From the human T2T-CHM13v2.0 reference genome, Homo sapiens, in NCBI RefSeq assembly GCF_009914755.1, contig NC_060927.1: a stretch of DNA of 64,000 nt; one strand, 5' to 3'. Positions 48,336-63,498 of the stretch are shown in pieces. Position 1 is the stretch's first letter. Every line of letters starts with the position of its first letter. A program made the translations under genes and the position numbers. The notes under the pieces were generated by a model that saw only the letters and a list, made by a program, of their open reading frames with translations, was not told where the DNA came from and searched no databases.

Positions 48336-49474
48336 AGAATTCATAGAGCAATGAAAACCCCTATCTGTCCTGAAGACATGTTCAGATAAAGATATTTAAT
48401 TCTCCTACCCTCTAAAACAAAAAAACTGCCTCACAGAAATGATCAAATTAGACTTGTTTCCATGGCCATATTTGACCATTCAATAGAGATTCATATTTGA
48501 AATATATGATCTATTGTTATATCTGACCAAAAATATCCTAAATGCATCTTTTCACTGTTGTCTTTTTAAATAGTTTAAATCCCATGCATTGGTATCTATG
48601 AGAACAGGGAGATATCACCCACATCAATCCAATACAGGCAGATAATCTTTTAAACTAATACCATACCATTGTATCCAATACTTTTTCATGTACTTCCTGG
48701 AAGCTATTAGTAATTACAGTATTTTATTCTGTCATATTGAAAAAAAAGCATTTAATACAAACACTAAATTTGTTAATGTGCTGTAAAATACTAGGAATGA
48801 TAGCTAGTTCGATTTTTCCAAGATATACTCATATTTCTGATTAATGACTCTAACCTGACTAGTATTTAATGTCTTATGAGATGACCAGAGATAAAGTAAT
48901 CATGTATAACCATTAATTGCTCTGTTGCTTTCAAGAAATAGAAAAACTCAAGTTACTGGGATCACTGCTTCTCATAAATTTTGTTAAGCCAAAATAGTCG
49001 TGCACAAATTCAGTACCTAATGCATGGTCAATTTTTTAAAACACAAATGGCACTTACTTCTTAATCCTTTAGATATACTACTGTCCATCAAATGTTGGGT
49101 AATCCAGCAGACATTTTGTCTTTATTTTTCTGTGCAAATGTAAATGCCACAAAGATTTCAGTATTTGCCTGAAAAGCAGAGCCTTGTCTGCTTCTGTCAA
49201 GTTCGACAACAGAAAATCTTTTGATATAGTGAAAAAGGGGAAATAGTCTCCTCCTAAATTGCTTTGAAGATATCTGCTCTATTATGCCTAATGTAATTTG
49301 TGATATTCACTGTGAGGTCCACTGCAATGAAACAACAACAACGTTGTTGAATTATTAAGCAAACGTGCCGCATGACAACTGTATTCTGAGCCTACAGAAA
49401 GCTTGGATTGCAAAATCATCTCAAACTTAAAAATAATCAACATAATTATCTTTTCAAAAGAATAAATAGATTTT

Positions 49475-50431
49475 GTTTTACTTTATTTTTTTAAGTTCAG
49501 GGGTCCATGTGCAGCTTTGTTACATAGGTAAACTCGTATCATGGGGGCTTGTTGTACATGTTTCACCACCCAGATATTAAGCCTAGTATCCATTAGTTAT
49601 TTTTCCTGATCCTCTCCATCCTCCCACCCTCCAACCTCTGATAGGCCTCAGTGTGTGTTGTTCCCCTCTATGTATCCATGTGTTATTATCATTTAGCTCC
49701 CATTTATAAGTGAGAACATGTGATATTTGGTTTTCTGTTTCTGTGTTAGTTTGCTAAGAATAATGGCCTCCAGCTCTATTCAAGTTCCTGCAAAGGACAT
49801 GACCTCCTTCTTTGCAATGGCTACAGAGTATTCCATGGTATATATGTACCACAAATTCTTTATTCAGTCTATCATTGATAAGCATGTAGGTTGATTTTAT
49901 GTCTTTGCTCTTGTGAATAGTGCTGCAATGAATAATGCATGCATGTATCTTAATAATAGAATAATTTATATTCCTTTGGGTATATATACCCAGTAATGCA
50001 ATTGCTGGGTCAAATGATATTTCTGTCTTTAGGTCTTTGTGGAATCACCACATTGTCTTCCACAACGGTTGAACTAATTTGCACTTATACCAATAGTGTG
50101 AAAGTGTTCCTTTCTATCCACAACCTTGCCAGCATCTATTATTTTTTGACTTTTTAATAACATCCATTCTGACTATTGTGTGATGGTATCTCATTTTGAT
50201 TTTGATTTGCATTTATTGCTCTAATGATCCCTGATGTTGAGCTTTTTTTCATGATTGTTGGCCGCATGTATATCTTCTTTAGAAAAGTGTCTTTTTCATG
50301 CCATTTTCCCACATTTTATTGTTTTTTTTTCTTTTAAATTTGTTTGAGTTCCTTGTAAATGCTGGATATTAGACCTTTGTCAGATGCATAGTTTGCAAAA
50401 CTTGTCTTCCCATTCTGTAGGTTATCTTTAC
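49475..50431 (-). mobile_element. L1 3' end (L1PA15/16-like)
   Basis: ttaagttcaggggtccatgtgcag...ttttcctgatcctctcc...ataagtgagaacatg. TSD aagaataaatagatttt/aagattaaatatatttt. Confidence 0.93.
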
Positions 50432-53214
50432 AAGATTAAATATATTTTAGATTTACATAGTTTTACTAGTATACAAAAAAGATTTTGTCTTTTTGAAAAG
50501 CAATTATACCAATTTCCCAACTCAATTCCCACACTTAATTCTATAACATAGTATTCTATTTTTCTTCCACCACAGCAGAAAGACCTTTTCTCATGTCTTT
50601 TCTATTTAAAAGCTAAGATCAGTGAGAGCAGATATGTCTGGCTTAGTCACTTATGAATAAACAAGAAGACAAATGAAACCATGGAGCATGGCTAAATTGA
50701 TGTTTTAGTAACATGCATTTTATTACAAAGCTAAACTAGACATAAATGTGTGTGCATGTGTGTGTATTTAATTATAAATCACACCTTCACTTTGTAGATG
50801 AGGAAATTAAAATACAAAAGCCTAGTGTGGTTAATTCTAGTTCATTCTGGTGTAAACGGTCGCCTTCTCAGTACCATTTCCATTAAGTATCTATTATGCA
50901 ATCACCTCCCTAATCGTCACTAAGAACCTCAAAAAGAGGAATGAGCTTGGTTTCTTTTTTGCAGATTCAGAAATAGAAATTTGAAAGTAGTAATATATGA
51001 AGGGAACACAATCAATAAACAACAGAGAAATGAAGAACACATTTTACAGTGATAAAATGCTATTCATTCTCCAAACACTAGCATCATTCCTACTAATTGA
51101 TGGAAACTTTTTGCAGAGTTCCAACACTGCATGAAATCCCATTATATTTGCTTTCTGTAGAACCAATATGACAATCATACCCTTTCTGCCACATATTGTT
51201 ACTTAATATATTTCTTCAGAAACTGTAAGCTGCTTCAGGGTAGAAGCAATGAATTTTATTTACTGGAATATTACTCTCTCAACCCACTAGAATTTAAAAC
51301 AATGCTAAGTTTGTAGTTGGCACTGAAGAAATTTTCATTGAATAAATTATTTAATAAATGGACTGCATTGGGTTGAGCTAGGCCAAAATTAAATACAAAA
51401 TACCAGAATAGATTCAGTGGAAGAAGAGCTATTAAAAATGAGAAAAAGCTATATATTTTGCTGTTATGATTCAAACAAACTAAGCTAATTAATTATAATT
51501 AGGCAGAAAAGTCTATATCTACTCCAAACTCTATTTTCCTTCCTGTTTTAATTTTTCTTTATCAATACTATATAAATAAAAGCTCTGCCTCTTGACTTCA
51601 GCAAATTTATGGGTACGTTAATTTAATCCTCTCCATATTTCTAAAATTCACACTTGCACAATTCTCACAGAAAAAAACTTTTATACAAAGTTTCTTAAGA
51701 ACTCATCTGCTTTAAGTTAAATATAAAAAAGCCCAAGGTATTAGACATAAAGTAAACTCCATCTCTATAAAAGAGCAAGACATGTTGATTTCTGCATTTC
51801 TTTGCACAGAAGAGTAATCTTGAATCAAAATACATGCGGGACCAAGGAGAATTTTTTCATCATCTCCCCCCCCAACCCCTTAAGTTACTGAATCTTATTG
51901 TAAGTCACTGGGCCTTATTTTGTTGTAGTCATAAGTCCATTTAAGAATCTATTGAAAATTATAGATTTTCTTCACAGCAAAATGCACCTACATACCCAAG
52001 TTTTGCTACAATTTGGAAGCATATTCTGATATCTCTGAAGCTCAAGTTAAGCTTCTTCCTTACTCCTTTGGAAAGCCATTCATTTGTAATTGCCAAATAC
52101 GTGTGACTCAACGTGTTTCTGTCTGAGGCTGACTTGGTCTTATTTTGAAACTTTTCTTTGCTTTCCTTCCCTGTTCCTCCCTGGAAAGCCCTTCTTTAGC
52201 ATTGCTTTAAGGCTGTATGTCTCTGTTCCCACTCGCCAAAATCCTTTCTTCCTTCCATCTTTACTCATGATACCACACACGACCCAGGTGCATAACTTCT
52301 TATTAACTATAACAAATAAATCATTTACCCTTGAAATGTCAATCTCTTATTAACCTTCATTTCCAGATAGTTACTGGTGAATGGACAAATGCCAACCATC
52401 AAAGGTCCCTGGGTTCAGAGTCCTAAAATATCCTGTGCAGCACAGCCAGTTTCCATTGACCACCCTTAATGTTCTGAAAGGGATATATATTGAATAACAA
52501 GGGCCCAACTATAGTAGAAAACATTCGAAATGGGAGAAAGAATCAGCTGTAGATTCTCCTAATTTCAGATTTTTTTTTCAAAATGGCAGGGTTTTCTTGA
52601 AGTCACTGAGAAAAACATTCATGCCTTTATATTACTGCTTTTTCCCTGCCAGCAAAATGAATCATGAAAGAAAATTAATTGCTGCACCATCAATGTCTAA
52701 ACCCATCTGTTTTATTGCACTTATTTTACTATTGGAAAGCTCATATTTAAAAAAAGCTTATATTAAAACATAATGAAGATCTCCTGGTGTTAAAATGTTC
52801 CTGCGTTTGCTATGAAATAATTTGTCATTACTCTAAGATTAATTCGCTTAATTTCCCCAAACCTCTGCCTCTCAGATTAAAGGAAAATGATAGTTTGAGC
52901 TTTTAAAATATTATGCTTCAATTGTCTTCTATGTTAATTTTATTGATAAATAAACATGGGAATTTTCATGATGAGAAAAGAATCTTAATTCACTTATAGA
53001 GAGAAGTGAAACTGGAACTGGTTTCAAGAAGAGGAAAATTGGCATCATCCATCTCTTTATGTAAACTGCACAGAAAAATACATGGCCACTTTTGTTTTGG
53101 GACACTTAAGTTCTAGATGGATAGAATAATAACCGGAAAAAGACATTTGATATGTCCATTCAGCACTCTATTTTTCAGCTTCTTCATCTGCAAAGTGGAA
53201 ATATTCGAGGATCT

Positions 53215-53372
53215 TCCCACTCAATGAGTAGTGTGCAGATTAGTACCTTAGGCATAACTTGAGTGCTGGGATTTCAGGTCCAGACCCTTCCAAGACTTGC
53301 AGATTCAGAATAGACCTTGATACAAGATCCACAGGAGATTTTAAGGTACATTCAAGTTTGCCAAGCACTAGT
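53215..53372. mobile_element. MER5-family relic
   Basis: cagattagtacctt...acaagatccacaggagattttaaggtacattcaagtttgccaagcact. Confidence 0.45.
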
Positions 53373-53678
53373 CAAGACGGTTTCACCAAGACTTAAGGGA
53401 AATTATACTTGAAAAAAAAAAAAAAAAAAAAAGGAAACCTTCCTCTGCATTTTTAAATCTTCCACCTAATTTCCTGAAGTAATTACAAACTTCATTGTCT
53501 GCTTACAGGAAAACACATGTGATCGCTTATGAGTTCCGTTGAGAAATCAAAGACACAGTTTTACAAACAAAATTTTATGTAAAAATGTAAAGAGGAAAAA
53601 ATCTGTCCACTTGTTTTTTATGACAGGAGAAGATACAAATAGATTGACTTCCCCAGAAAGATCATAAGAAAAATTTGC

Positions 53679-54002
<324 letters not shown>

Positions 54003-54754
54003 CTAAGAGCACAATGTTGAGAATAAGATACAGAAGCAATGAAGCAGAGCATTGACAGGTAACAAGAAAACAAGCACAGTATACGAAGAATGTTTATTGT
54101 AATGCCTGGGAATATGCAGCACTGGCGAGAATCTCAAAATTGATTTTCCTTTCTTCTGAGGCAATAGTGACTTGAGAAGATAAACAAACAAATAAAAAGG
54201 AAGAAAATATCCACAGTCTAAGTTGGACTAAGTACCAGAAACAGCACTACTTGGCAATTGTGTTGCAAGCATAATAATATAAGGACAATGTCTTTTGAAG
54301 GAAGAAATATTTTCCTTCCACTTGCTGACTCTCTGAAATGTCTATAGGGTTATAAAAGATGTTAATAATGGACCAGATGCATCTGAATTGGTCAGAGAAA
54401 ATGTCCCACTACATGTAGCTTGGAAAATTATAGTTATCTTTCTGTCAGTATTTTAAATAGAAAAATTTAGTTGAATGCTGTGGTTTGGTTACTAATTCTT
54501 TAATATAAGTGTTTTTTCTTAATTCTTTAGCTATGTACAGCCTTTGGGCATCTGAAAAAATAATATTTCCAGAAGCAACCAAAGTGAAAGAAAAAAGCAT
54601 CCTTGCCAAAGCAAAGGAAAGGGATGCCTTCTATAGGCAATATTAATTTTCTCTGTCAACAAATATGTTTGTGGTAGATGGATACAAAATACCTTGTCCC
54701 AGGATTGCATGCAGATTTTTGCTTCCTTTGCCTAAGAAGTTTGGTAAATGTGTC

Positions 54755-54810
54755 ATATATATATATATATATACACACACATATATACACACACACATAC
54801 ACACACATAT
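54755..54810. repeat. compound (TA)n(CA)n microsatellite
   Basis: Seen directly. Confidence 0.9.
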
Positions 54811-56622
54811 CAGCAATCTGAGCAAATAAAAAACCTTGGAGAAAGTTCTAATAAAAGGAAAGTACAAAAGACTATCTCTGCTACATGTAGGTCAGGCTTT
54901 TCCCAAGTAGAGACATAAGCAGCACCTCAAAAATAGCAATGAAAATGTTTAAACTACATAAGAGATGTTTTGGGAATATGGACTGTGAATGTCTAACAAG
55001 CCTCTAACATCCCCAGGGCAATTGCTTAAAAAAAATCAATGCTTCATTTTCTAATAAGTTAGTAACTTTTTGGAAGTCTTTTTAAGAACTGGTACAGGTC
55101 GTTTGCATAAGTAGAGGATTCTAAGCAGTACGTCTAATAGAATGAACACCAGGGTTCTATAAGGAGGTTATTCTGAAGAGTGTTTAAAGGGCATAATAGT
55201 GAAAACTGCCTAGGTTAGCCTCTTGGAAGAATGAAATGGGAACCATTTTACTCAAATAATTGGTATAGATCCTGGAAACCAATTATTGAAAATACATAAA
55301 CATGAAACAACAATGCTTTCTTGTAAGCAGGAAATCTTCATTAAGTCTTTTGGCATTGATTACATTCACATGATTCATTCTGAACTCTTCTTAGTAATGT
55401 GAATTTAATGCATAATTTCTGTGTAATGACTTTTTTTAATTACCACATAATCACGGGTGAAAAAAGTGTCTTCCATTTGGTCCATTTTATGAGGTTAAGT
55501 AAATAAATCTATAAAATAATTTATTCTGCTAGTTGCTTGGAAACTGTATTGTTGATATGACAACCATGGCATAATAAATCAAATCACCACTTTCTTTCAT
55601 TTGCATGTAGAAGTCATATATTTTCAAAAGAAAAGAAGTTGTCTTGCTTTTCCCTATGCTACAGTGACATCTACAGAAGGGAATGAAGAAAAATTGAGAG
55701 GAAAAATCTTTCTTGCTTTCTTTTTTAAGAATACTCTAACATAAAGTGCACTAAAACTCCCGGCTTTCAGAAATAGGTTCAATGTTTCCTATATAGAATA
55801 TTTTATAAATATCTTTAAAATCTCAGAAGGCCTAATTTATAGAAGTTTGTAACTTGTGCTTCCTGGAGATCTAGGTAATAACAACTTTACAGATACATTT
55901 TGTCATGATAATTCCAAAAAGAAGTAATTATTGCCTTCATGAAGTTCAGTGAATACTTGTAGCTAGAGGATCAGCACTTGCAGTTACCTATAAATATTCA
56001 TTTATCTTCCTAGCTTCTTTTAAAATGCTCCATCATACATTTTGCCACCCATTACTGTATATTGCTATAGGTGTTTTAAAATTTTTCTACCAATAATACA
56101 ATTTTAACAAGTGAGTCTTTGTCCTTGGAAGTGGAAGATAATATGAGTTTCACACTAAGCATGCCAATAGTTGTATCAGATCAATTATAAATGGACATTT
56201 TATTTCTAATTCACCAAATATCCATCTCTTCTCTGACAACAGATTGACTTGAAAGAAAAAAAGATCTTAATTCCCATGTTCTAGTGTCCGTAAGTTATTC
56301 CACCTGCACCTCATTAAAAAGAACAAGAATAGAAATAATCCTCCTTTTTTTGTCAGGGTCACAATCACAATGGAGACTTTTAAGAGAAAAATGTCATTTT
56401 TAGTAGAAACTATTAAAACATCTCCCTTTCCCACAGGGCTTCAACGTGTTCCACAATGACAGATCTCAACATGACTTCTAAAAGGTAGTAAAGTTATGCA
56501 AAGCAGCATGACAGAGTTTTATATGCATGGAAGGGAATTATTCAAAGACGATGCCAGGGATACTTTCTCATTGACTGTATTTCATTTAAAAACCAAATCA
56601 AGGGGCAAGGGGATGATGCCAT

Positions 56623-56658
56623 TATCATCATCAGCATCAGCAGCAGCAGCAGCATCAT
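56623..56658. repeat. short (CAT/CAG)n trinucleotide repeat
   Basis: tcatcatcagcatcagcagcagcagcagcatcat, with (CAG)5 at 56638-56652. Confidence 0.85.
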
Positions 56659-58639
56659 GTTATATATGGCAGGGAATGTAACTGCACGTTATGGCAGTGA
56701 TTATTACTCTAAAAACAGAATAGGGTAGTGAGGAGGCTGGTAACTCTGGCATAATCAATTGAGAAATAAAAAAATTAGTTCAAGAAAACAAATTAAATTA
56801 ATTCAACTGACACTTACAAAACACCTGCTATGTACTGAACTCTGGGTTCACTGGCAGAGGTACAAAGGAAAAAGAAAAAGGTGACGTTAAACATTAAAAG
56901 ATATAAAAATTATTCTAAGACATGGTGATATCCTAGAGGACTCAGTGCAGATTTGTCCTAAAGAGAGAGAGAAAGAACATTTTTCCTCCACAAAAAAAAA
57001 GCATTTTTTTTCTGTGCTTTGCATTTTGTATTTAGCTTTGTAGAAACACATGTAATTCTTAGGAACAGGTATGCTTCATGTTGTTTTATTATTTTAAATG
57101 TATAGAATTGGTATTTCTTAGAAAGGATATTGCTTCACCAAAGCAACATCCTTGGTTTTCTGTCCCTGGCATCACACATTTTAAAAGGGCAAGATTCAAT
57201 ATGTCAGAGGCTCTTTCTTTTGAAGAAAATCCCTTAATTCTGCCTTCATCTAAGAGGCAATGTGCTCATTTCAGTAAACCCTTCTGGAATATTCTGAACA
57301 ATATAGAAAGAAGTCCCACTTTGACATGGGCTTACCACTGCACATTTAGCATTGGTCACAGCAAACATCCCAATGTTTGAAAGACAGTACTAATGAAACT
57401 ATTAAACAAAGCAAGAATGACAGAATGTGAATAAGTATTGAAGCTGAGGATAAACACATGAGGGATCCATTTAACTATAGCATACATTAGACACTTAAAA
57501 TTTCTAGAGGAATGTTAACTTCACAAAAATGACTAAGATTCTGATTCTATGATAATTGATCTACTTCACTATTCACTACAAAATTTAGAACATGTTTATA
57601 ATTAACTTGTACCATTTCTTTTTCTAAGATCACTAGATATTAAATGCAAACTATAATTCTATATCCAGGTCACGCCTGAAAAAAGGAGCTGGTAAATCCT
57701 GTAGAAATTAGGAATTATCTGTGTGATTGAACTTCTTTTCCAATGACTATACAACATAACATAGAAAATGGGCTCTAGCACATAGCTGGGAGCATAGGTG
57801 TGAGGAAGGTCTAGAACTAGGATAATTCAATAGATAAGACCCCACAGGAAATAAACAAAATCAAAATTTTAAACTTGAAAACTTTCCAAAACCTACCCAT
57901 ACCTGCCTTTTCCCTATTGGCTGTATAGAGACTCCTTATTTCCTCACTTCTGTCTCTTCTTGCCTGACCTGCCAATTTTGCACCCCAGTTGATCAAGTTT
58001 TCTGACCCTTGAACTTGCCATTTCATTTCTAGTTTATGATCTTAACCTGAATCTTTGCTTCATGTTTAGATTTGCACTTCCATATGGGGAGTCCCTGGGA
58101 CCTCCTTCTCTGAACTGCCTCCTCTTTCATTTCTCTGATGTAAGACCCTGCATTCTGGACTTGCTCCAGTCCTGGCCAAGAACACAGTGGTAGGGTTCTG
58201 ACAAGTGGCATTATCTTTCCTGAGCACTGCATAAGTCAGAAATGTGAACTAATACTGGAGATCTGAGTTGTCTTCCTACCTCTGTCCCTGCACCTTATTA
58301 ATTTATCTGGCAAGGTCAGAAAACCTCTCTGAATATCAGACCCTCACTTGTGACCCCCAAAAATCAATTTTACTATATTTTATACATATTCTAAGCATAA
58401 GAGAAGAGCTTTGAAAAAACACAAAAGTAAATATGAGTTAGCAACAATAGACATCACGTAGAAAGCCACTGTTGAACTCCTACAGAGTTTCTATCAGGTT
58501 TGTGGAACAGTCATGGCCTTTGACCTCACTTAGTTATTCTTCAGTTAGACAATTTAAATACATAAGTACAATGTGAGGGAGTGCAGTTATAACAAAACAA
58601 TAGCATATTAAGGCATTCAGATACCATAGCTTGGATTCT

Positions 58640-59105
58640 GAAATTCATTCATACAGTTATCCAACAAACAGTTATTCAGTGCTGATGATCTGCCAGGAAC
58701 TGTGTGCTAGGCATCTGGAATAAGCAGGTGAGCCTGACAGTCAGAGGCACTGCCTTCCTGGAGCTTGCTTTCTCGCACTGAGGAGTGGAAAACTGGCTGT
58801 GATAAAATGAACATCAGATGAATAACTTAAAGATAATCACTATGAAGGAAAATTATAAGAAGCTATAAGGCTAGAATAAGTGGACCTGATTTTGTCTGAG
58901 ATAACCTACAAAGGCTTTCTAAGGAAAGTGACACTTTTGCTAAGATTTGAAAGGTGAGCAAGATTTAATTAGGTAGGGAGAATAATTGTAGACAAGCGAT
59001 TTTCCTGGCAGGGGATATTAGCCTGTACAAACACATTGAAGGAACAATAGGCCTTTGAGGAACTTAAAGAAGACTGCTGTGGCTCGAACACCAAAGGCAA
59101 AGAGC
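58640..59105 (-). mobile_element. L2 3' end
   Basis: attcattcat...caacaaacagttattcagtgc...tgccaggaactgtgtgctagg...ctgccttcctggagctt...aggaaagtgaca. Confidence 0.75.
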
Positions 59106-59725
59106 GTGTCTCATGGTAACTACATATTCCCAGTTGCGATGGCTACAAAAATGATTGAGTGATCAAAGAATCACTGTTTGTGTATAACTTGTGATTGTCT
59201 GTATATAGTTACTAAATGTTTTTCATATCACTCCTATTCTAAAATTTAGCTATATATAGGTCAATTTATATCACCTAAAAACTTGTCTATGAGCAAAATA
59301 ATTTATTTTCTCATTATGTTATTGATTTTCAAAATCACCTTGAAGTGACTGAAGAATATTTCACCTTGTTTATCACTTTATAATAAGTTACATGTTCTCT
59401 AGTTATCAGTACTCTACACTGTCCACTTATTTCCCACAGGCTCCTTGATTTATTGAAAAGACTTACAGCATTTTAGTTAGTGAAGTAAAATTTATCTTTT
59501 TGCAGACAAGTGACTCAATTATAATAGTAATGATAGTTTATTGGTTACTTTGTGTTTAGAACAGTGATGTTATCTGAGTACCTTTTTCAACCCAAAACTA
59601 TAATCCACATTTTCCAAGAGCCTATTTGGTGCTCTTTCCAGCACACCATCCTTCTCTCTCCATCATTAACCATCATTGAATATTCACTTAGTATTAGTAC
59701 AGCTGGACTACCTACAAGACCTAGA

Positions 59726-60216
59726 TGTCGGAGATGGGTCAGAGTGGTGGGAAAAGCTATAAAAATTATAGGGAAAGATGCAAATGTTATTGGAAGGCCA
59801 AAAGGTTTTGCAAAAGCTTCAAAAGAGGATTTAGCTGAAGGCAGTTAAATTATCTTAAGAGCAAGGGTTAGATAACAAGGGAATGTAAAGGAACTTATCT
59901 AGATAAATTCATTTACTCCTGTCTCCAGAAACCAATCTTTGATCATTCATGCACAATATTGCTCTCTACTCGGGGGGTCAACAATGTTTATTACCCACAA
60001 ATTGTGTTTGCTGTAAGCCTTTGTCATTCAATCTGTACTAAATAAATGCAAGCATCACCAGCTTATCGGGGCTGCACTCTCTTGGCAGCTGCTAGACTCT
60101 CTTGATGGTGGTGCGGAGCCGTGTGGTCTCCTAGCCGTGCTGTCAGGCAAAATAACCTGTGTCAGCATACTTCTTTCATCTGTCACTCAGCCAGAGTCTG
60201 CAGGAGAGACTCGGCA
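59726..60216 (+). mobile_element. LTR22-family solo LTR (HERV-K HML-5)
   Basis: tgtcggagatgggtcagagtggtgggaaaa...ggttttgcaaaagcttc, AATAAA at 60041, end gactcggca, flanks cctaga/cctagg. Confidence 0.85.
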
Positions 60217-60639
60217 CCTAGGAATTTATTTAGCGCCTACTTGTGTGAATTTCAAGTACAAAGTAGAGGCCCACAAGTATGGGGCTTATTCATGAGGGAC
60301 ATTCCTTGGGGCAGGGAAGCTGGCTATTTTGTTCTGCAGTTAGCAATACCAAACAGAGATGTTCTGAGACAAATAAAATGCATCCTCTGAAAAATAAAAC
60401 TGAGCTGCACTATGGCTATGAGGATCCCAGGAGCCTTTCCAAGAAATATATTCTTATTGAAAAGACAAGAAAAAAATCATTATTGAGGACTGAATATTTA
60501 TGCAGTAAATCTAACATTCATGTGTATTTCAAACTAGGTTTGCCACAGGAATTTAGGAGAACATAAGTCAAGGTGGATGATTCCTCCAAACAACTCCCGT
60601 CTCTCTAAGGAAAACAGAACTCTGGTTACAACTGGTGAC

Positions 60640-61200
60640 ATTATTTTTAATTTTAGTTTTAGTTTTGGTTGACAAGTAATAATTGTATATATCTGCTATG
60701 GTTTGAATGTCCCCTCCAAAACTCATTTTGAAATTTAATTGCCATTGTATAGAGAGGTGGGAACTTTAAGAAGTGATTAAGTCATGGGGACATTGCCCTC
60801 ATAAATGGATTAAGGCCATTACTGTGGGAGTAAGTTAGGTATTCCAATTGATTTAGTTATGAACAGGATAAGTTTGGCGCAAATTTTGTCTGTGTTTCAC
60901 ACACTCTCACCCTCTGTCACCCTTCCACATCCTGTCATGTTTTCCACCATGTTATGATGCAGGAAATAAAGGCCCTCACCAGATGTAGCCCCTAGATCTT
61001 GAACTTCCCATCCTTCAGAATCACGTGCCAAATAAAACTCTTTGCTTTATAATTTAGCCAGTCTGTTGTGTTCACTTATGACAAAAAGTAAGACAATATT
61101 TTTGGGGTATAATGTTTTGAAGTGTGTATACATTGTTGAAAGACTAAAGCTAAGCATACCATCACCTACAAAATTATCATTTTTTTTGTAATGAGATTAT
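60640..61200 (-). mobile_element. L1MA-type extreme 3' end split by MST LTR
   Basis: ttgacaagtaataattgtatat | tttggggtataatg...gtatacattg...atcacct. Confidence 0.65.
60694..61095 (+). mobile_element. MST-family MaLR solo LTR (MSTC-like)
   Basis: tgctatggtttgaatgtcccctccaaaactcat...ggccctcaccagatg...aataaa...taagaca, with flanks atatc/atatt. Confidence 0.85.
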
Positions 61201-61675
61201 TTTTGCTTTATGATATAAGGCAAAGATAGGAAGACAGTCAGTGCCTCTGATCTCTGTAACAAAAGAAAACAATATCCCACTTGACCTAGAAAGGGAGGGG
61301 CATATTTATTTGGCAAAAAATACACTTTTCATCGAGTAAAAATGTATCTTATATGTATTGCACAATGGCATGTCTGAAGCGTCATTTGTGCTTTAGATGT
61401 AATCATAAAATCGGAAATACAATTTCAACAAGACAGAACACCAAACATGAAGCATTTTCTGTTTCAACTATATGACACACTCTAGAAAGAAGATGAAAAT
61501 GGACTATAAAATTGTCATTACACCTACAAGAAGCACTTGAAGGGAGAGAAGGTGTTTTTTTTTCTTTCTTAAAGCAGGTGATGTGCCCTAACACTGTAGA
61601 TTTAACTGACAAGTAAACAATTTACTTTCCTTTTCTGTGCTAATTAACTACACGTCAACTAAAAACTAGCTATTT

Positions 61676-61991
<316 letters not shown>

Positions 61992-62109
61992 AAAAACTAG
62001 TTATTTTAATGAAGTTCTTCCTAAATCTCATGCTTACTGAATCACCTATATAATGCCTATTCTATGATCCCATTTGCATTTTTTCAAACATACCATACTA
62101 CACATACTT

Positions 62110-62690
62110 CTATTCATTCATTCATTTTTCAACCAATATATTAGAATAGCATTCAGTAGGCAGTAGAGACACAGTTCTCATAGAGCTTAGAATCTAGAGT
62201 AGAATTTCAAAGAGAATTCTATCTAGAGATATCAAATTAATTAAGTAATCATGCAAATACATGTCAAATTGCATCTATGGCAAGCATTTCTAAGCATTAA
62301 AATGAAAGATTTTGAGAAAAGAGATTGACTTTCTCAATGAGGCAAGGAGAAATCTTCAGCTTGTACAAGGGCAGAGGATGAAACATTTCTGGCAGAAGAA
62401 AACATCCAGTACAGACACCCGAAGAAGGGAAAACTAAGGGAAATTATGAAAGATGGAGAAGTCAGAAAGGTTGAAAAGAAATGAGGCAAGGTGAGTTTAG
62501 TCACAGAAGAGAATGGAGAAGATAGTAGGAGACCAAACTGTTTTGTAAGCCATGTTAACAGAATGAATTTACCCTATGAGAAGCAAGGAAATGATCAGAT
62601 TTTCACTTTCAAAACTTATCTCCATATACACTATAAATTATACGTAGAACAGAATAGATGCAAGATGAACAACTGTGGCTTGGAGTAGTA
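62110..62690 (-). mobile_element. L2 3' end
   Basis: attcattcattcat...ctcatagagcttagaatctag...catttctggcagaagaaaac...gtaagccatgttaa. Confidence 0.65.
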
Positions 62691-63211
62691 TGGTTCTTCC
62701 CATGATGAAAGAATGGAAACTTTAATGAAATTGTATTCTGGTGGCTTAAAAATTTCTGTATCATATTACTCTCAACTAGTAAACTGTGAACTTCTAGGAA
62801 TTCTTGAAATTTTTCTGAGCCACCACCAGCTTCCCATCTCCATATCTGCATACATTGGAACTCTCAGCCCAAACAGCAGAAATTTTTCTCCTGCTGTTCC
62901 CCTTAGATAATCTCAGCTAAAATCATGTAATTCAAACTGGGGATTCTATGACTGCTTTTGTCCACTTTGTAATTTTGCTGTCAGATCTTTTTCATTAAGT
63001 GTCCTTAATTCTTCAAGTGAACTGAAATTAAATCATTCTTACATGAAAAGGTGTGGAAATGTGCTTGAAACAATCACCAAATCTGCTTTTACTAATTTCC
63101 AAATACTTACTGCTATACATACTAATATACATTCATTTAAAAGTTCTAACCAGTCAAAAGAAAAATGAGAAAAATAAGCATAATAGATAATGTGATAAAA
63201 GTGAAGTGATA

Positions 63212-63498
<287 letters not shown>

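Noticed and set aside
53412-53432. Orphan 21-nt poly(A) as the tail of a retrocopy
   Set aside because: No convincing TSD, upstream poly(A) signal or recognisable retrotransposed body.
56496-56681. Short ORF with poly-Ser/Ala tract
   Set aside because: The tract is just the CAT/CAG microsatellite. No splice or homology support.
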